A stretch of DNA of 36,085 nucleotides from Actinomycetota bacterium (lineage in GTDB: Bacteria; Actinomycetota; CADDZG01; WHSQ01): positions 1-36,085 of the forward strand of contig DATBND010000305.1 of the NCBI GenBank assembly GCA_036554505.1. Reading direction: 5' to 3'. Of this stretch, positions 7,085 to 15,890 are shown piece after piece. Numbering within the stretch: position 1 is the first letter of the stretch; every line of letters starts with the position of its first letter. The translations under genes were made by a program, and so were the position numbers. The notes under the pieces were generated by a model. It was not told where the DNA came from. It saw only the letters and a program-made list of their open reading frames with translations, and searched no databases.

Positions 7085-7453
7085 CTACTTCCTGACGACG
7101 GCTCTCACCAGCGCCGAGCCCTGCCTCAGGTAGCCCAGCTTTCGGGCCGCCCGCTTGGAGAGGTCGAGCACGGCCTCGCCGTAGGGTCCCCGGTCCTTCA
7201 CGGTCACCGTGACGATCTTTCCGTTGGCGCGATTCTCGACCCGGAGCTTGGTGCCACACGGGAGCTTGCGGTGCGCGGCGACCATCTTGTGCGGGCGGTA
7301 GGTGCCGCCGCACGCCATGCCGTTGCCGCTGAGCTCGTCCGAGTAGTAGTGCGCCTTGCCCTTGACGACGCGCGTGCCCGCGCCCGCGCCCGGGCCGAGT
7401 AGCGCGAGCACCAGCGCGCCCGCGATGCAGATACGTACCTTGATGCGAATCAC
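7085..7453 (-). CDS. RlpA-like double-psi beta-barrel (DPBB) secreted protein
   Basis: Signal-peptide-like start VIRIKVRICIAGALVLALLGPGAG, then HYYSDELSGNGMACGGTY, AAHRKLPCGTKLRVEN and KIVTVTVKDRGPY, typical of RlpA/expansin-like DPBB domains. I chose the GTG at 7453 because the longer ORF (to 7558) would run into the terminator of the upstream gene. Confidence 0.7.
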   Translation of the reverse strand: MIRIKVRICIAGALVLALLGPGAGAGTRVVKGKAHYYSDELSGNGMACGGTYRPHKMVAAHRKLPCGTKLRVENRANGKIVTVTVKDRGPYGEAVLDLSKRAARKLGYLRQGSALVRAVVRK

Positions 7454-7551
7454 CCTTTCGTCGCCGGCGAAGCGTCGATCGCCTCGCTCGCGTGCGCGGA
7501 GCGAATCTCGCCCCGCTACCACCTCGACATCGGCATTCGCCGACGGAAGCC

Positions 7552-7577
7552 CAAACAAAAGGAGCCCCCTGGGCTCC
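7552..7577 (-). terminator. Intrinsic terminator of the LVIVD-repeat gene
   Basis: The minus strand reads GGAGCCC-AGG-GGGCTCC followed by TTTTGTTTG (7-bp stem, 3-nt loop, U-rich tail). Confidence 0.6.
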
Positions 7578-7718
7578 GGAACGGGACCCTAGCGGGGGCG
7601 CCCGCGAGCGTCAAACAAGTGCTCGGTCTCCTTCTGCGCCGAGTCGCCGACCTTTGGTCCTAGCCGGACGGAAACCGTCCTCTCAGGCGCAAAGTCGCCC
7701 GAGACGCATTTCGAAGGC

Positions 7719-9209
7719 CTAGCGGCGCTTCTTTTTCTTCTTGACCGGCTCGAACTTGAGCGCGTCGCCGAGGTTCGAGTTCCCCTCGAGGAACTTGATG
7801 CCGGCGACCTCCTCCTCGTACGGGCCCTTGTAGCGAAGGATGTAGAGCCCGTTGCGGATGTCGGTGACGTAGATCAAGCCGTTCTGGATGATCGGGTAGC
7901 TCCACATCACGACCTTGTCGGGGCCGGAGCTGAGGACGGGGTCCTCGGTGACGACGACGGGCTCGGGCTCAGGCGAGTACTGGGCGGCCTGCGCGGGGAC
8001 CGCGGGGTTCGTGATGTCGATCGCCTGGAGCCCCCCGGAGTGCCACGTCAGGATCGCGAGGTGCTTGGTCAGCGTCGGGTTGTGCGCCGACCAGCTCGAG
8101 CCGCTGTTGCGCTCGGGCGTGTTGCTCGCCGGGTCGTCGCAGAACTCCTGGGTGTTCGCCGGGATCTTGTATTCGGACACGACCTTCGGATGGATCGGGT
8201 CCTTGATGTCGACGAAGCGCACCCAGCCCCACGGGCAGCCGTGGTTGGGAAGAAGACCGGGGATCTCGCCGTAGACCTCGTCGGTGATCATGGCGTAGTT
8301 CTTCTTGAAGAGCTTGATCGCCGTGTGCGCGCCGGGCCCTTCCCACCACACGCGGTTGGGGATCGGCGTGATGTCCTTGATCTTCGGCTTCTTCACGCCC
8401 TTCGCGAAGTCCGACGTGTCGATCATGAAGAACCCGCCCTGCAGGTACGCGACGTAGCCGACGGTCCCTGCGTTGTTGACGCTGAGCGAGTGCAACCTCA
8501 TGTCGGTCTGCTCGCCCTCCTCCGGAATGAGCGTCGTCCACGTGCCCATCTCGGTGAACTTTTTCTGGCGGGCGCCGGAGATGTCGGTGACGAGGAGCTG
8601 CGATGCGTTGCCGCCGGGCGTCGACTGGAAGATCAACGCCCTCTTCTTCGGCTTGCTCGGGTCGACCCATAGGAAGAACTCGTGCGGGTTGACGGTCGGC
8701 ACGTACTCGGCGACGAGCTTGGGCGCGGCCGCGTTCTCACCCGAGATGTCGTAGAAGCGGTAGTTGTCGGGTGGGGGGTCGACGTTGTTGCGCTGATCGC
8801 AGTGATGGATGATCGGGCTGCAGTTCGAGCCGAGGTTCAGCACGATCAAGAGGTTCTGTTGCGGCCAGATGCGCAGCTCGCGCGACGTCTCTCCGACGTT
8901 GCCCTCCTCGGGCGGGCCGATCTGTCCGACCACCTCGGGGGCCGCCGGGTCCGAGACGTCGACGACCATGACGCCGGCGTTCGGATGCTGCTGCTGTCCG
9001 TCGGTGCGACTGCCGATGTACGCGTAGTCGCCCTTGACCGCGATGGCGGCGTTCATCCCGCGCATCTCGAGGTTGTTGTGCCCCACGAGCTCGAACGAGC
9101 CCGGCGCGTCGCCGGTCCCGACGGTGACGTGGGGCTGATCGTCCTGGCCCGCCGCGGCGGCAGGCAGCAGGAGGAGGGCGGACAGGAGGAGGATCGCGAT
9201 TCGTCGCAC
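7719..9209 (-). CDS. Secreted LVIVD-repeat beta-propeller protein
   Basis: 496 aa. Signal peptide MRRIAILLLSALLLLPAAAAG. Recurrent LVIVD-type strands: GVMVVDVSDPAAP, NLLIVLNLG, GGFFMIDTSD, GGLQAIDITNP, GLIYVTDIRNG. Unusual KKKKKRR C-terminus. Confidence 0.7.
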   Translation of the reverse strand: MRRIAILLLSALLLLPAAAAGQDDQPHVTVGTGDAPGSFELVGHNNLEMRGMNAAIAVKGDYAYIGSRTDGQQQHPNAGVMVVDVSDPAAPEVVGQIGPPEEGNVGETSRELRIWPQQNLLIVLNLGSNCSPIIHHCDQRNNVDPPPDNYRFYDISGENAAAPKLVAEYVPTVNPHEFFLWVDPSKPKKRALIFQSTPGGNASQLLVTDISGARQKKFTEMGTWTTLIPEEGEQTDMRLHSLSVNNAGTVGYVAYLQGGFFMIDTSDFAKGVKKPKIKDITPIPNRVWWEGPGAHTAIKLFKKNYAMITDEVYGEIPGLLPNHGCPWGWVRFVDIKDPIHPKVVSEYKIPANTQEFCDDPASNTPERNSGSSWSAHNPTLTKHLAILTWHSGGLQAIDITNPAVPAQAAQYSPEPEPVVVTEDPVLSSGPDKVVMWSYPIIQNGLIYVTDIRNGLYILRYKGPYEEEVAGIKFLEGNSNLGDALKFEPVKKKKKRR

Positions 9210-9294
9210 GGCTGTCTCCTAGGTTCGCTGGTAATTCGACATTTCGCCGCGCTTGGGACAAATCCTCCGCTCCGGGGGGGAGAGGGGCGGTACC

Positions 9295-10052
9295 GTGCCG
9301 GCCGTGAAGGCGATCACCCATCGAGAGGACCCCGGGCTCCTCGACCGCCTAAAGGGGCTGTCGGCCGAGGTCTGGCCCGAGTACAACCTCCACGGCGACG
9401 TCATGAACCTCTACTGGGGACGGCTCTACGAGGTCTTCCCGGACTTCCAGTTCGTCCTCTACGACGACGGCTCGGACCTCGCTCTCGCCGAGGGGCACAC
9501 GATGCCGGTGCTGTGGGACGGCACCGCCGACGGCCTGCCCGCGGGCATCGACGGCGCGATGCAGGACGGCTTCTCGGGGGCCGAGGCCGAGACGGGCCCG
9601 ACAGGTTGTGCGCACTGGCGATCGAGATCCCGCCCGTGCACCAGGCGAAGAGGCTCAGCACGGTGATGCTCGACGCGATGCGCGCGATCGCGCGCCGCAA
9701 CGGTTTCGCGAACCTCATCGCTCGCATTCGCCCCAACTGGAAGGACCGCTACCCGCTCACGCCGATCGAGGAGTACGCGCGCTGGACCCGCGCCGAAGGC
9801 GAGCCGTTCGACCCGTGGATGCGCGTGCACGCGCGCCTCGGAGCGCGGGTTTTGAAGGCCGAGCCCCAGTCGTTGTTGATCACGGGCACGGTGGCGGAGT
9901 GGGAGCGGTGGACCGGGATGGCCTTTCCCGCGAGCGGCGAGTACGTCTTCCCGGACGGGCTTGCTCCCGTCACCATCGACCGCGACGCGGACGTCGGCAC
10001 CTATTGGGAGCCGAACATCTGGCTCGTGCACGAGGTCACGCGAGAGGCGTAG
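9295..10052 (+). pseudogene. GNAT-family N-acetyltransferase-like gene with a frameshift near 9590-9600
   Basis: The N-terminal part is in frame 1 (GTG 9295 after GGGGGAGAGGGG): VPAVKAITHREDPGLL..WPEYNLHGD..VLWDGTADGLPAGIDGAMQDGF..AETGP. The C-terminal part continues seamlessly in the frame offset by one base: GPDRLCALAIEIPPVHQAKRLSTVMLDAMRAIARRNGFANLIARIRPNWKDRYPLTPIEEYARWTRAEGEPFDPWMRVHARLGA. The junction lies at the GGGCCC run (9594-9599). Confidence 0.7.
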
Positions 10053-11223
10053 CCCAGTCGATCTCGAGCACGCCGCCGAGGAATGCCGCGAGCGACTCGG
10101 CCTCGACTTCCGCATGACGACGCACGCGCGCCGGGATCTTCACGAACGGTTGGAACGAGACGAGCAGGCGGCGACCCTTGCGCTCGTGGCGCCACGTGCC
10201 GAGCATGCGTCCGTCGACGGCCAGCACGGGCGAGAGCCATCCCTGCGCGCGATAGACGAGGTCCTTGTGGGGGCCGGGCATGAGTCGTTCCGCGTGCTTC
10301 GTAACCCCGACGACGTACTGGTCGAAGGCGGGGAGCAAGTTGACGGTCTTCGTTGGTTGCGCCTTCTCCATGTGAGCGACGTCGCGCGCCGGCGCCCACG
10401 CGTACTCGCCCTCGACGTCCACCGCGACCGCGTCGTCACCGAGGCTCCTGATCATGCGGAGCGCGTCGCTCGGCGTCGTCCCCCACCAGCGCGCGAACCC
10501 CTCGCGCGTCTCGGGCCCGTAGGCCGAGAGAAAGGCGCGCGTGATCGTCGACAGAGCTTCCTCCGGGTCGACGGTGTCGAGACCGCCGAGCCATGTCTGC
10601 GGATTCGTGAAGCGCACGTTCTGGCCGGTGCTCGGAGCAAAGCACAGGTTCCCGGCAAACGCGGCCGGCTTCAGCGCCGAGCCCCAGCTCCCTCGCAACG
10701 TCTCGGCGAGCTTCTTCGAGCGGGTCACGCGCCCGACCGCGGCGATGAGCTCCTCCCGGGTGAGCTCTTGGTCGGCCAGGGCAGACCCCACCGCGTCGAT
10801 CAACCGGTCTAGCTCAACGGGCTTGCTGAAACCGAAGTAACGGAGCCACGACAGTCGGCGGTAGTACGGGAGGCGCGTCCGTTGCGCGGCGAGCCAGACC
10901 GGAAAGGTCGTGGCCGTGAACATGTGCAGCGTCCCTCGCATCGCCCACGTCTTGACGAGCGCGCGCTTCTTCCACAACACATCGCTCACGTGGCTGCGCG
11001 TGACACCCTCGACGCGCGCCCACAGGGTGAGCTCCGCCGACGACGTGACCTGTGCGTGCAGCCCGCAGATGTCGGATGCAACCCGGAGCATGTCTTTGCG
11101 CGGCGCGCGCTCGGCGAGGTGCTGACGTCGGAGTCGCCACGCGGTGACCTGCTCCCACGTGAGTGAGGCCTCAGGGACAACAGGTCTGGTCGCGCTCTTC
11201 ACGAACGCCTTGGGTCGAGCCAT
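10036..11223 (-). CDS. Winged-helix HTH_42 family protein (AlkZ/YcaQ-type DNA glycosylase family)
   Basis: 395 aa. The N-terminus LTWEQVTAWRLRRQHLAERAP..ASDICGLHAQVTSSAELTLWARV..LWKKRALVKTWAMRGTLHMF is characteristic of this family. The motif position reads H-A-Q. The 3' end overlaps the convergent GNAT gene by 17 bp. Confidence 0.8.
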   Translation of the reverse strand: MARPKAFVKSATRPVVPEASLTWEQVTAWRLRRQHLAERAPRKDMLRVASDICGLHAQVTSSAELTLWARVEGVTRSHVSDVLWKKRALVKTWAMRGTLHMFTATTFPVWLAAQRTRLPYYRRLSWLRYFGFSKPVELDRLIDAVGSALADQELTREELIAAVGRVTRSKKLAETLRGSWGSALKPAAFAGNLCFAPSTGQNVRFTNPQTWLGGLDTVDPEEALSTITRAFLSAYGPETREGFARWWGTTPSDALRMIRSLGDDAVAVDVEGEYAWAPARDVAHMEKAQPTKTVNLLPAFDQYVVGVTKHAERLMPGPHKDLVYRAQGWLSPVLAVDGRMLGTWRHERKGRRLLVSFQPFVKIPARVRRHAEVEAESLAAFLGGVLEIDWATPLA

Positions 11224-11239
11224 CGGCGGAGCCTACGAA

Positions 11240-11713
11240 CTAGGACTCGGGCGCGATCTCCACGAGGATCTCCGGCGCGTCGCCGTCACACTGCACCACC
11301 GCGACCCGGCCCTCGTAGCCGTGCCCGTGGATGCCGCTCCAGCCATAGCTCCCGGTCGGGCCCGAGCCGTTGCCCGAGCTCTCACCCGCCCACCCCCGAT
11401 CGGCGAGCTCGGACTTGAAGAACGAGTCGAGCTCGAGGAAGTCGCCCGGCGCCGTGACGCGCACCGCGGGAGGGTCGCCGTCCTTGGTGCCGGCGACCTC
11501 GGCGCCCTCCGGAAGGGGAAACTCCTGCGGGAGCTCGCCGCCGGGCCGTTCGCCGGCGCGCACCTCCGTGAGGCGGTCGCAGTAGTCCCGAACGAACGGA
11601 TTGGCGAACTCGACATCGCTCGGATCGACTTGGCCGCCGCACGCCGCGCACAGCATCATCACCACGGCCCCGACCTTTGCGCGCGTGACCGCTCTACTCG
11701 CGGTTCCTCGCAC
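11240..11713 (-). CDS. Hypothetical lipoprotein
   Basis: Lipobox-containing start (VRGTASRAVTRAKVGAVVMMLCAACGG). This is the C-terminal portion of the 346-aa track ORF. The longer ORF runs through the tRNA-Ala gene and is rejected. Start codon is uncertain (GTG 11713 or ATG 11659/11656). Confidence 0.55.
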   Translation of the reverse strand: MRGTASRAVTRAKVGAVVMMLCAACGGQVDPSDVEFANPFVRDYCDRLTEVRAGERPGGELPQEFPLPEGAEVAGTKDGDPPAVRVTAPGDFLELDSFFKSELADRGWAGESSGNGSGPTGSYGWSGIHGHGYEGRVAVVQCDGDAPEILVEIAPES

Positions 11714-11747
11714 AAAGAACGTGACGGCCTCCGGCTGAATGGGCTCG

Positions 11748-11821
11748 TGGAGCGGAGCGGGCTCGAACCGCCGACCCCCTGCTTGCAAAGCAGGTGCTCT
11801 ACCAGACTGAGCTACCGCCCC
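11748..11821 (-). tRNA. tRNA-Ala (anticodon TGC)
   Basis: Minus strand: GGGGCGGTAGCTCAGTCTGGTAGAGCACCTGCTTTGCAAGCAGGGGGTCGGCGGTTCGAGCCCGCTCCGCTCCA. It folds as a cloverleaf with a 7-bp acceptor stem including the G3:U70 Ala identity pair, anticodon loop TTTGCAA and T-loop TTCGAGC. CCA is not encoded. Confidence 0.95.
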
Positions 11822-11856
11822 ATCGGGACACCAGTCTATCTTCGCAAGCGCTCTGA

Positions 11857-12804
11857 CTACCCGGCCAGGACGTCGCTGATCGCGTCCATGACGACCTCTG
11901 GTTGGTCGTCGTGGATGTTGTGGCCCGTGTCGTCGACCTCGATGAGCGTGCCGCGTGTGGACTCGGCGGCGAACTCCTTGTGGCCGTCGGTGATGGCCGC
12001 CAGTGTCACCGCCTCGTAGCTGCTGGGCAGACCCTTCACGGGTGGGAGGTCCGGTGCCCGAAGCACGACGACCGGGATGGCCCCGAAGACCGGGCCGGGC
12101 TCGTCGAGGAGCTTCGTCACCTCCTTGTCGCTCGCCGCGACATGAACGCGCTCGGGGTTCTGGGCCGGGTCGAAGAGGTACTCGGTCACGAAGCGACGTT
12201 CCTCGGCCAAAGCCGGTGGTTCGTCGGGGATCTCCGGAGGCAAGGCGGCTCGCTGGGCGGCGCTCACCCGCGGCCCCCACGGGTCGATCAGCACCACCCC
12301 CGCAATTCGCTCCGGAGCACGATCCACGATCCCGACGGCAGGAAGCGACCCGAGGGAGTGGGCGACGAGAACGACCGGCCCCTGCAGGCCGGCGGCATCG
12401 AGCAGGCTCACCATCTCCGTCACCTGGTCCTCTGTGGTGCGCCTGGCCTCGGGCGGCGGATCGCTCCGCCCGACTCCCGCTCGGTCATAGGCGCACAAGT
12501 GGTGGCCGTCGGCGGCGAACTCGCCGGCCATCAGCTCCCACGACCCCGTCGGTGGTCCGAGGCCTGCGATGAGGAGGACGGTGGGCTCATCGGCAACCCG
12601 CCCGCCCCAGCACTCCATGAACAGCGAACGCTCCCCGATGTCGATCTGCTCCGAGGACCTGGCGGTCTCGTCCGAAGCGTCCGAGGTCCCAGAGGCACTC
12701 CGGGGGCCCGGCTCCTCCCCGCTCCCACCGCACGCACCCGCGAACAGGACGGTCGCGACGGCGACGGAGACGACACGCGGGAGAAGTCGGTTCATGCGGG
12801 CCAT
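11857..12804 (-). CDS. Alpha/beta-fold hydrolase, lipoprotein
   Basis: Lipobox VLFAGACGG, nucleophile elbow VLVAHSLGS (GxSxG type), and C-terminal DDTGHNIH (catalytic His region). Confidence 0.8.
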   Translation of the reverse strand: MARMNRLLPRVVSVAVATVLFAGACGGSGEEPGPRSASGTSDASDETARSSEQIDIGERSLFMECWGGRVADEPTVLLIAGLGPPTGSWELMAGEFAADGHHLCAYDRAGVGRSDPPPEARRTTEDQVTEMVSLLDAAGLQGPVVLVAHSLGSLPAVGIVDRAPERIAGVVLIDPWGPRVSAAQRAALPPEIPDEPPALAEERRFVTEYLFDPAQNPERVHVAASDKEVTKLLDEPGPVFGAIPVVVLRAPDLPPVKGLPSSYEAVTLAAITDGHKEFAAESTRGTLIEVDDTGHNIHDDQPEVVMDAISDVLAG

Positions 12805-12930
12805 CGTCCTCCGCCCGGGTCACGCACTCAACCAGGTCGCCACTGATCTGGACATGTGTCGTCTGCTGTCCTTGACTGTCTCTTGATCACACACTGTCAG
12901 AGCATCTAACTGCCACCATGTGAGGCAGGC

Positions 12931-14361
12931 GTGAAGGTTGCGGTGATGGGTGCCGGCGTTTGCGGATTGGCCGTCGCCCTTGCTATGGCCCGTGACGATC
13001 ACGACGTCACGATCCTCGAGCGGGACGCTCCGCCGCCTCCCGAAGAAGCCCGTGCGGCCCCGAGCTGGGAACGCCCGGGCATACCGCATTTCCTGCAACC
13101 CCACGCCTTTCTCGCGCGCGGGGTCAAGGAGCTTCGGGACCGCGCGCCGGATGTCTTCGCATCGCTCCTCGATGCGGGTGCCGAGGAGCTCCGGCTCTTC
13201 GAGAAGATGCCGGCTGGGCCGCGCGAGGCACAAGACGAGGATCTCGTCTTTCTTGGATGCCGTCGTCCGGTCATCGAGTGGGTACTGCGCAACCACGTCG
13301 CGAGAGAGCCGAACATCTCGCTCCGTTCGGCTACCTCGGCGCTCGGTCTCGTTTGGGCAGAAGGCTCCGTGATCCCGCGCGCTACCGGCATATTGACGCC
13401 CGACAGAGTGGTCGATGCCGACCTCGTCATCGATGCGATGGGACGGTCCTCACCGCTCAGTGACTGGATCGTCGATGGCGGCGGGCTCGCTGCCGAAGAA
13501 CGTAGCGATGATTGCGGGATCGTCTACTACTCACGCTACTTCCGCTTCCGGCCCGGTAACCATCGGCCCGACGGCCCGTGGTTGATCGGCCCTCGAATAC
13601 TGCTGGGGTACCTGGAGAGCGGGACGTTCTGGGGGGATAACGACACGTTCTCCGTGGTCCAACAGATCCTCGCAGGGGACCGCTCTCTGAGGCTTCTGCG
13701 GCACCCCGACTGCTACATGGCCTCCCTACGAGCGCAGAGCGGCTTCAAAGAGCTGATAAGCGAAGACGTCTCGGAACCGATCACGCCCGTGTTGCCGATG
13801 GGGCAGCTGCGAAACACCCTCAAGCGGTTCGTCGCCGAAGACCGCCCGATCGCCTCGGGGGTGATCGCTGTGGGCGATTCTCGCTGTCACACGAACCCCC
13901 GCTATGCGTGGGGGCTGTCCATGGCGCTCTACCAGGGATGGTTGCTCGCCGACCTCGTTCGGGAACACGGCAACGACCGGGACGCCGTGTCGGTTGCATT
14001 CGAAGACGCCGTCACTCCGTGGACGTCTGCCGTATTCGAGGTCGCGACGGCAACGGATAACGAGCGAAAACGATATTGGGGTGGGGAGCGGCTCGATCTA
14101 CTGTCCCCCCATGATGCCCGTCAGCTCTTCCTGCTCCAGTTCTTCCCGGCCGCAGGCATGCGCGACGCGGAGATCTTCCGCAAAGCCGTAAGGCGTCTGA
14201 TGCTTCTCGACGACCCTCGGCAGGTGGAAACGGACGGTGACCTTCTCGACCGAGGGGCCGCGATCCTGCGCGACATGTTCGGTGCTTCGGGACCTCCCAC
14301 TCAGGGGCCCGAGAGGGAGCAGCTGCTCGGGCTTCTAGCAAGCTCGGGTCAGAGCACCTGA
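12931..14361 (+). CDS. FAD-dependent oxidoreductase/monooxygenase
   Basis: 476 aa. N-terminal Rossmann dinucleotide motif MKVAVMGAGVCGLAVALAM..VTILERD. A second FAD contact motif VIAVGDSRCHTNPRYAWG (GD-type). GTG start follows GAGGCAGG. Confidence 0.8.
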   Translation: MKVAVMGAGVCGLAVALAMARDDHDVTILERDAPPPPEEARAAPSWERPGIPHFLQPHAFLARGVKELRDRAPDVFASLLDAGAEELRLFEKMPAGPREAQDEDLVFLGCRRPVIEWVLRNHVAREPNISLRSATSALGLVWAEGSVIPRATGILTPDRVVDADLVIDAMGRSSPLSDWIVDGGGLAAEERSDDCGIVYYSRYFRFRPGNHRPDGPWLIGPRILLGYLESGTFWGDNDTFSVVQQILAGDRSLRLLRHPDCYMASLRAQSGFKELISEDVSEPITPVLPMGQLRNTLKRFVAEDRPIASGVIAVGDSRCHTNPRYAWGLSMALYQGWLLADLVREHGNDRDAVSVAFEDAVTPWTSAVFEVATATDNERKRYWGGERLDLLSPHDARQLFLLQFFPAAGMRDAEIFRKAVRRLMLLDDPRQVETDGDLLDRGAAILRDMFGASGPPTQGPEREQLLGLLASSGQST

Positions 14362-14399
14362 CTGGCGACGATGCAAGGTAGGCAGTGGGAGGAAGGGTG

Positions 14400-14909
14400 A
14401 TGAAGAAGCGGCCGGTCCGGCAGCCGGTGGACTTACAGGCGTATCCCGATCTCGTCGTGATCTATCTCGGGATGCGAGCCAACAGTCTGCGTGGGCTCAA
14501 GACGCTCGCGAGCTTCGGCCCGAAGATCAAGAAGTCCGTCGACGCGAAGCCCGAAGGCTTGCTGCTTCACGAGAACCTGTTCTTCACGTTCTTCCCCCCG
14601 CATGCCGGGATGCGGCAGTACTGGCGCGATTTCGAATCGCTCGAGCGTTGGGCACGCACGGGTGTGCACGCGACATGGTGGAAGGCGTTCCTCGAAGACA
14701 GAGGGGGGGCGGGCTTTTGGCACGAGACGTACTTTCGCGGCGGGCAGATCGAATCCGTCTTCATCGACATGCCCGGCACCGGTCTCTCGCGCTTCGCGCC
14801 GGTCCAAGAGGCGCGCGGCTCCATGTTCTCGGCGCGCCGCCGTCTCGCCATGACCGACGAGGGCGACACCGCGTCCCCCACCTCCGAGCACGAGGTATAC
14901 GAGCGCTGA
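14400..14909 (+). CDS. DUF4188-like protein (ABM/dimeric alpha-beta barrel-like monooxygenase family)
   Basis: ATG at 14400 follows GGAGGAAGGG. The segments VVIYLGMR, GLLLHENLFF, MRQYWRDFESLERWAR and GFWHETY match my recollection of DUF4188. Family assignment is from memory. Confidence 0.7.
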   Translation: MKKRPVRQPVDLQAYPDLVVIYLGMRANSLRGLKTLASFGPKIKKSVDAKPEGLLLHENLFFTFFPPHAGMRQYWRDFESLERWARTGVHATWWKAFLEDRGGAGFWHETYFRGGQIESVFIDMPGTGLSRFAPVQEARGSMFSARRRLAMTDEGDTASPTSEHEVYER

Positions 14910-14949
14910 CGGGTTTCACTGGAGTGCCGGCCGCGCCGACAGAATAGGT

Positions 14950-15828
14950 GTGGAGGCTCAGGCGGATAGTCGCAGCGCGACGCGCTCGGTCGCGGCACGG
15001 GGGGAGTCGACTCGAATCCCTCTCGGGCGCGATCTGAGCTCGCGGATCCTCGCCGGGATCGGATGCTTCTTCGTCGCGCTCCCGGCCCTCGCCATGGTCG
15101 TGGTCACCGTCTCCCTATCAGGTCCGGGCGGGGACACAATCGGAGCACTCTTCTGTGGACCGGTCGCGATAGGCCTGGTGTGGCTGACGTGGTCGATAGG
15201 ACGAACCTCGCTTCATAGCGGAGCGTGGATCGACATCCGTCGCGATTCCCTCGTCGTGCATCACCCGGTCGTCTTGCGACGCGACCTGATCGTGCAACGT
15301 GACCAGGTACGCGCCGCGGCAATAAGCGTCTATGACGATCCGAGTTGGTGGCTCGACGATCAGTTCGACCTCGTTCGCGAGAAGGGAGGGATCACGATGC
15401 ACGCGAGTCGAGAGGAGCTCCGCGCAACGCTCGAGGCGACCGCGCGCTTCACCGTGCCGCTCGTGGACGAGAACGACCTCGCTCATCCGAACGTGATCGT
15501 CGTCTTCAACCGGCCGGTCCGGCTGTCGCATGTCCGTCGGGGGCTGCGCACCGGCGCGGCACTCACGTGGATCAAGCGTGCCGAGCCCGATCAGATCGCG
15601 AGGGGGCTCCTCCTCCGCACGACCGATCCCTTCGGCGCGCGCACGGCATTCGCCCGCTGGGACGTGCGCGAGCGGTTGACGCGCGACGACCGAGACTTGC
15701 TCGTGCCCACCAAGGACGACGTCAGGCGCTACCGGCGGTTCAGGGTCTTCGCGTTCATCGGCGGGGTGGTGGCCGTGCTGGCCCTCGCCGCCCGCGCGTA
15801 CGAGTTCCTCAGAACCCTCTTCAATTGA
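14950..15828 (+). CDS. Hypothetical membrane protein (two N-terminal TM helices, PH-like beta-rich middle, C-terminal TM)
   Basis: 292-aa ORF with GC-rich third positions. TM segments ILAGIGCFFVALPALAMVVVTV, ALFCGPVAIGLVWLTW and VFAFIGGVVAVLALAA. No catalytic motif recognised. GTG start has a weak Shine-Dalgarno. Confidence 0.55.
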   Translation: MEAQADSRSATRSVAARGESTRIPLGRDLSSRILAGIGCFFVALPALAMVVVTVSLSGPGGDTIGALFCGPVAIGLVWLTWSIGRTSLHSGAWIDIRRDSLVVHHPVVLRRDLIVQRDQVRAAAISVYDDPSWWLDDQFDLVREKGGITMHASREELRATLEATARFTVPLVDENDLAHPNVIVVFNRPVRLSHVRRGLRTGAALTWIKRAEPDQIARGLLLRTTDPFGARTAFARWDVRERLTRDDRDLLVPTKDDVRRYRRFRVFAFIGGVVAVLALAARAYEFLRTLFN

Positions 15829-15890
15829 GGGCCCGGCGACAGGCACTGCGGGCGGGAACAATGACGAGGCCACGTAGCGTCGAAGGAGGC

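Noticed and set aside
7454-7560. About 100-nt leader upstream of the RlpA-like gene, considered as a possible cyclic-di-AMP (ydaO-type) riboswitch because such elements precede cell-wall hydrolase genes in actinobacteria
   Set aside because: Some pairing exists (GCGAAU...AUUCGC, TCGCC/GGCGA). However, I cannot find the hallmark conserved segments as I remember them (GGGGACCCA-like, GGGGUGAAUC-like, CCGAAUCCG-like), and the leader is shorter than typical members. A covariance-model search (Rfam RF00379) would settle it.
8682-9594. N-terminal 300 codons of the 456-aa plus-strand ORF 8682..10052
   Set aside because: This part is antisense to the LVIVD-repeat gene and is Arg/Gly-rich nonsense. 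Only the part after about 9594 is conserved-looking, and it joins the 9295 frame as a frameshifted GNAT gene.
11240-12280. 346-aa minus-strand ORF spanning the tRNA-Ala gene and the 3' end of the alpha/beta hydrolase gene
   Set aside because: It runs straight through a canonical tRNA and a well-supported CDS in another frame. Only its last ~157 codons, starting at a lipoprotein signal peptide, look like real protein, and those are kept as 11240..11713.
12860-12900. Repeated CTGTC/ACTGTC words (12866, 12875, 12893) around a TGATCA palindrome upstream of the FAD oxidoreductase gene
   Set aside because: The words are too short and too few to distinguish from chance. There is no adjacent regulator gene and no clear dyad symmetry.
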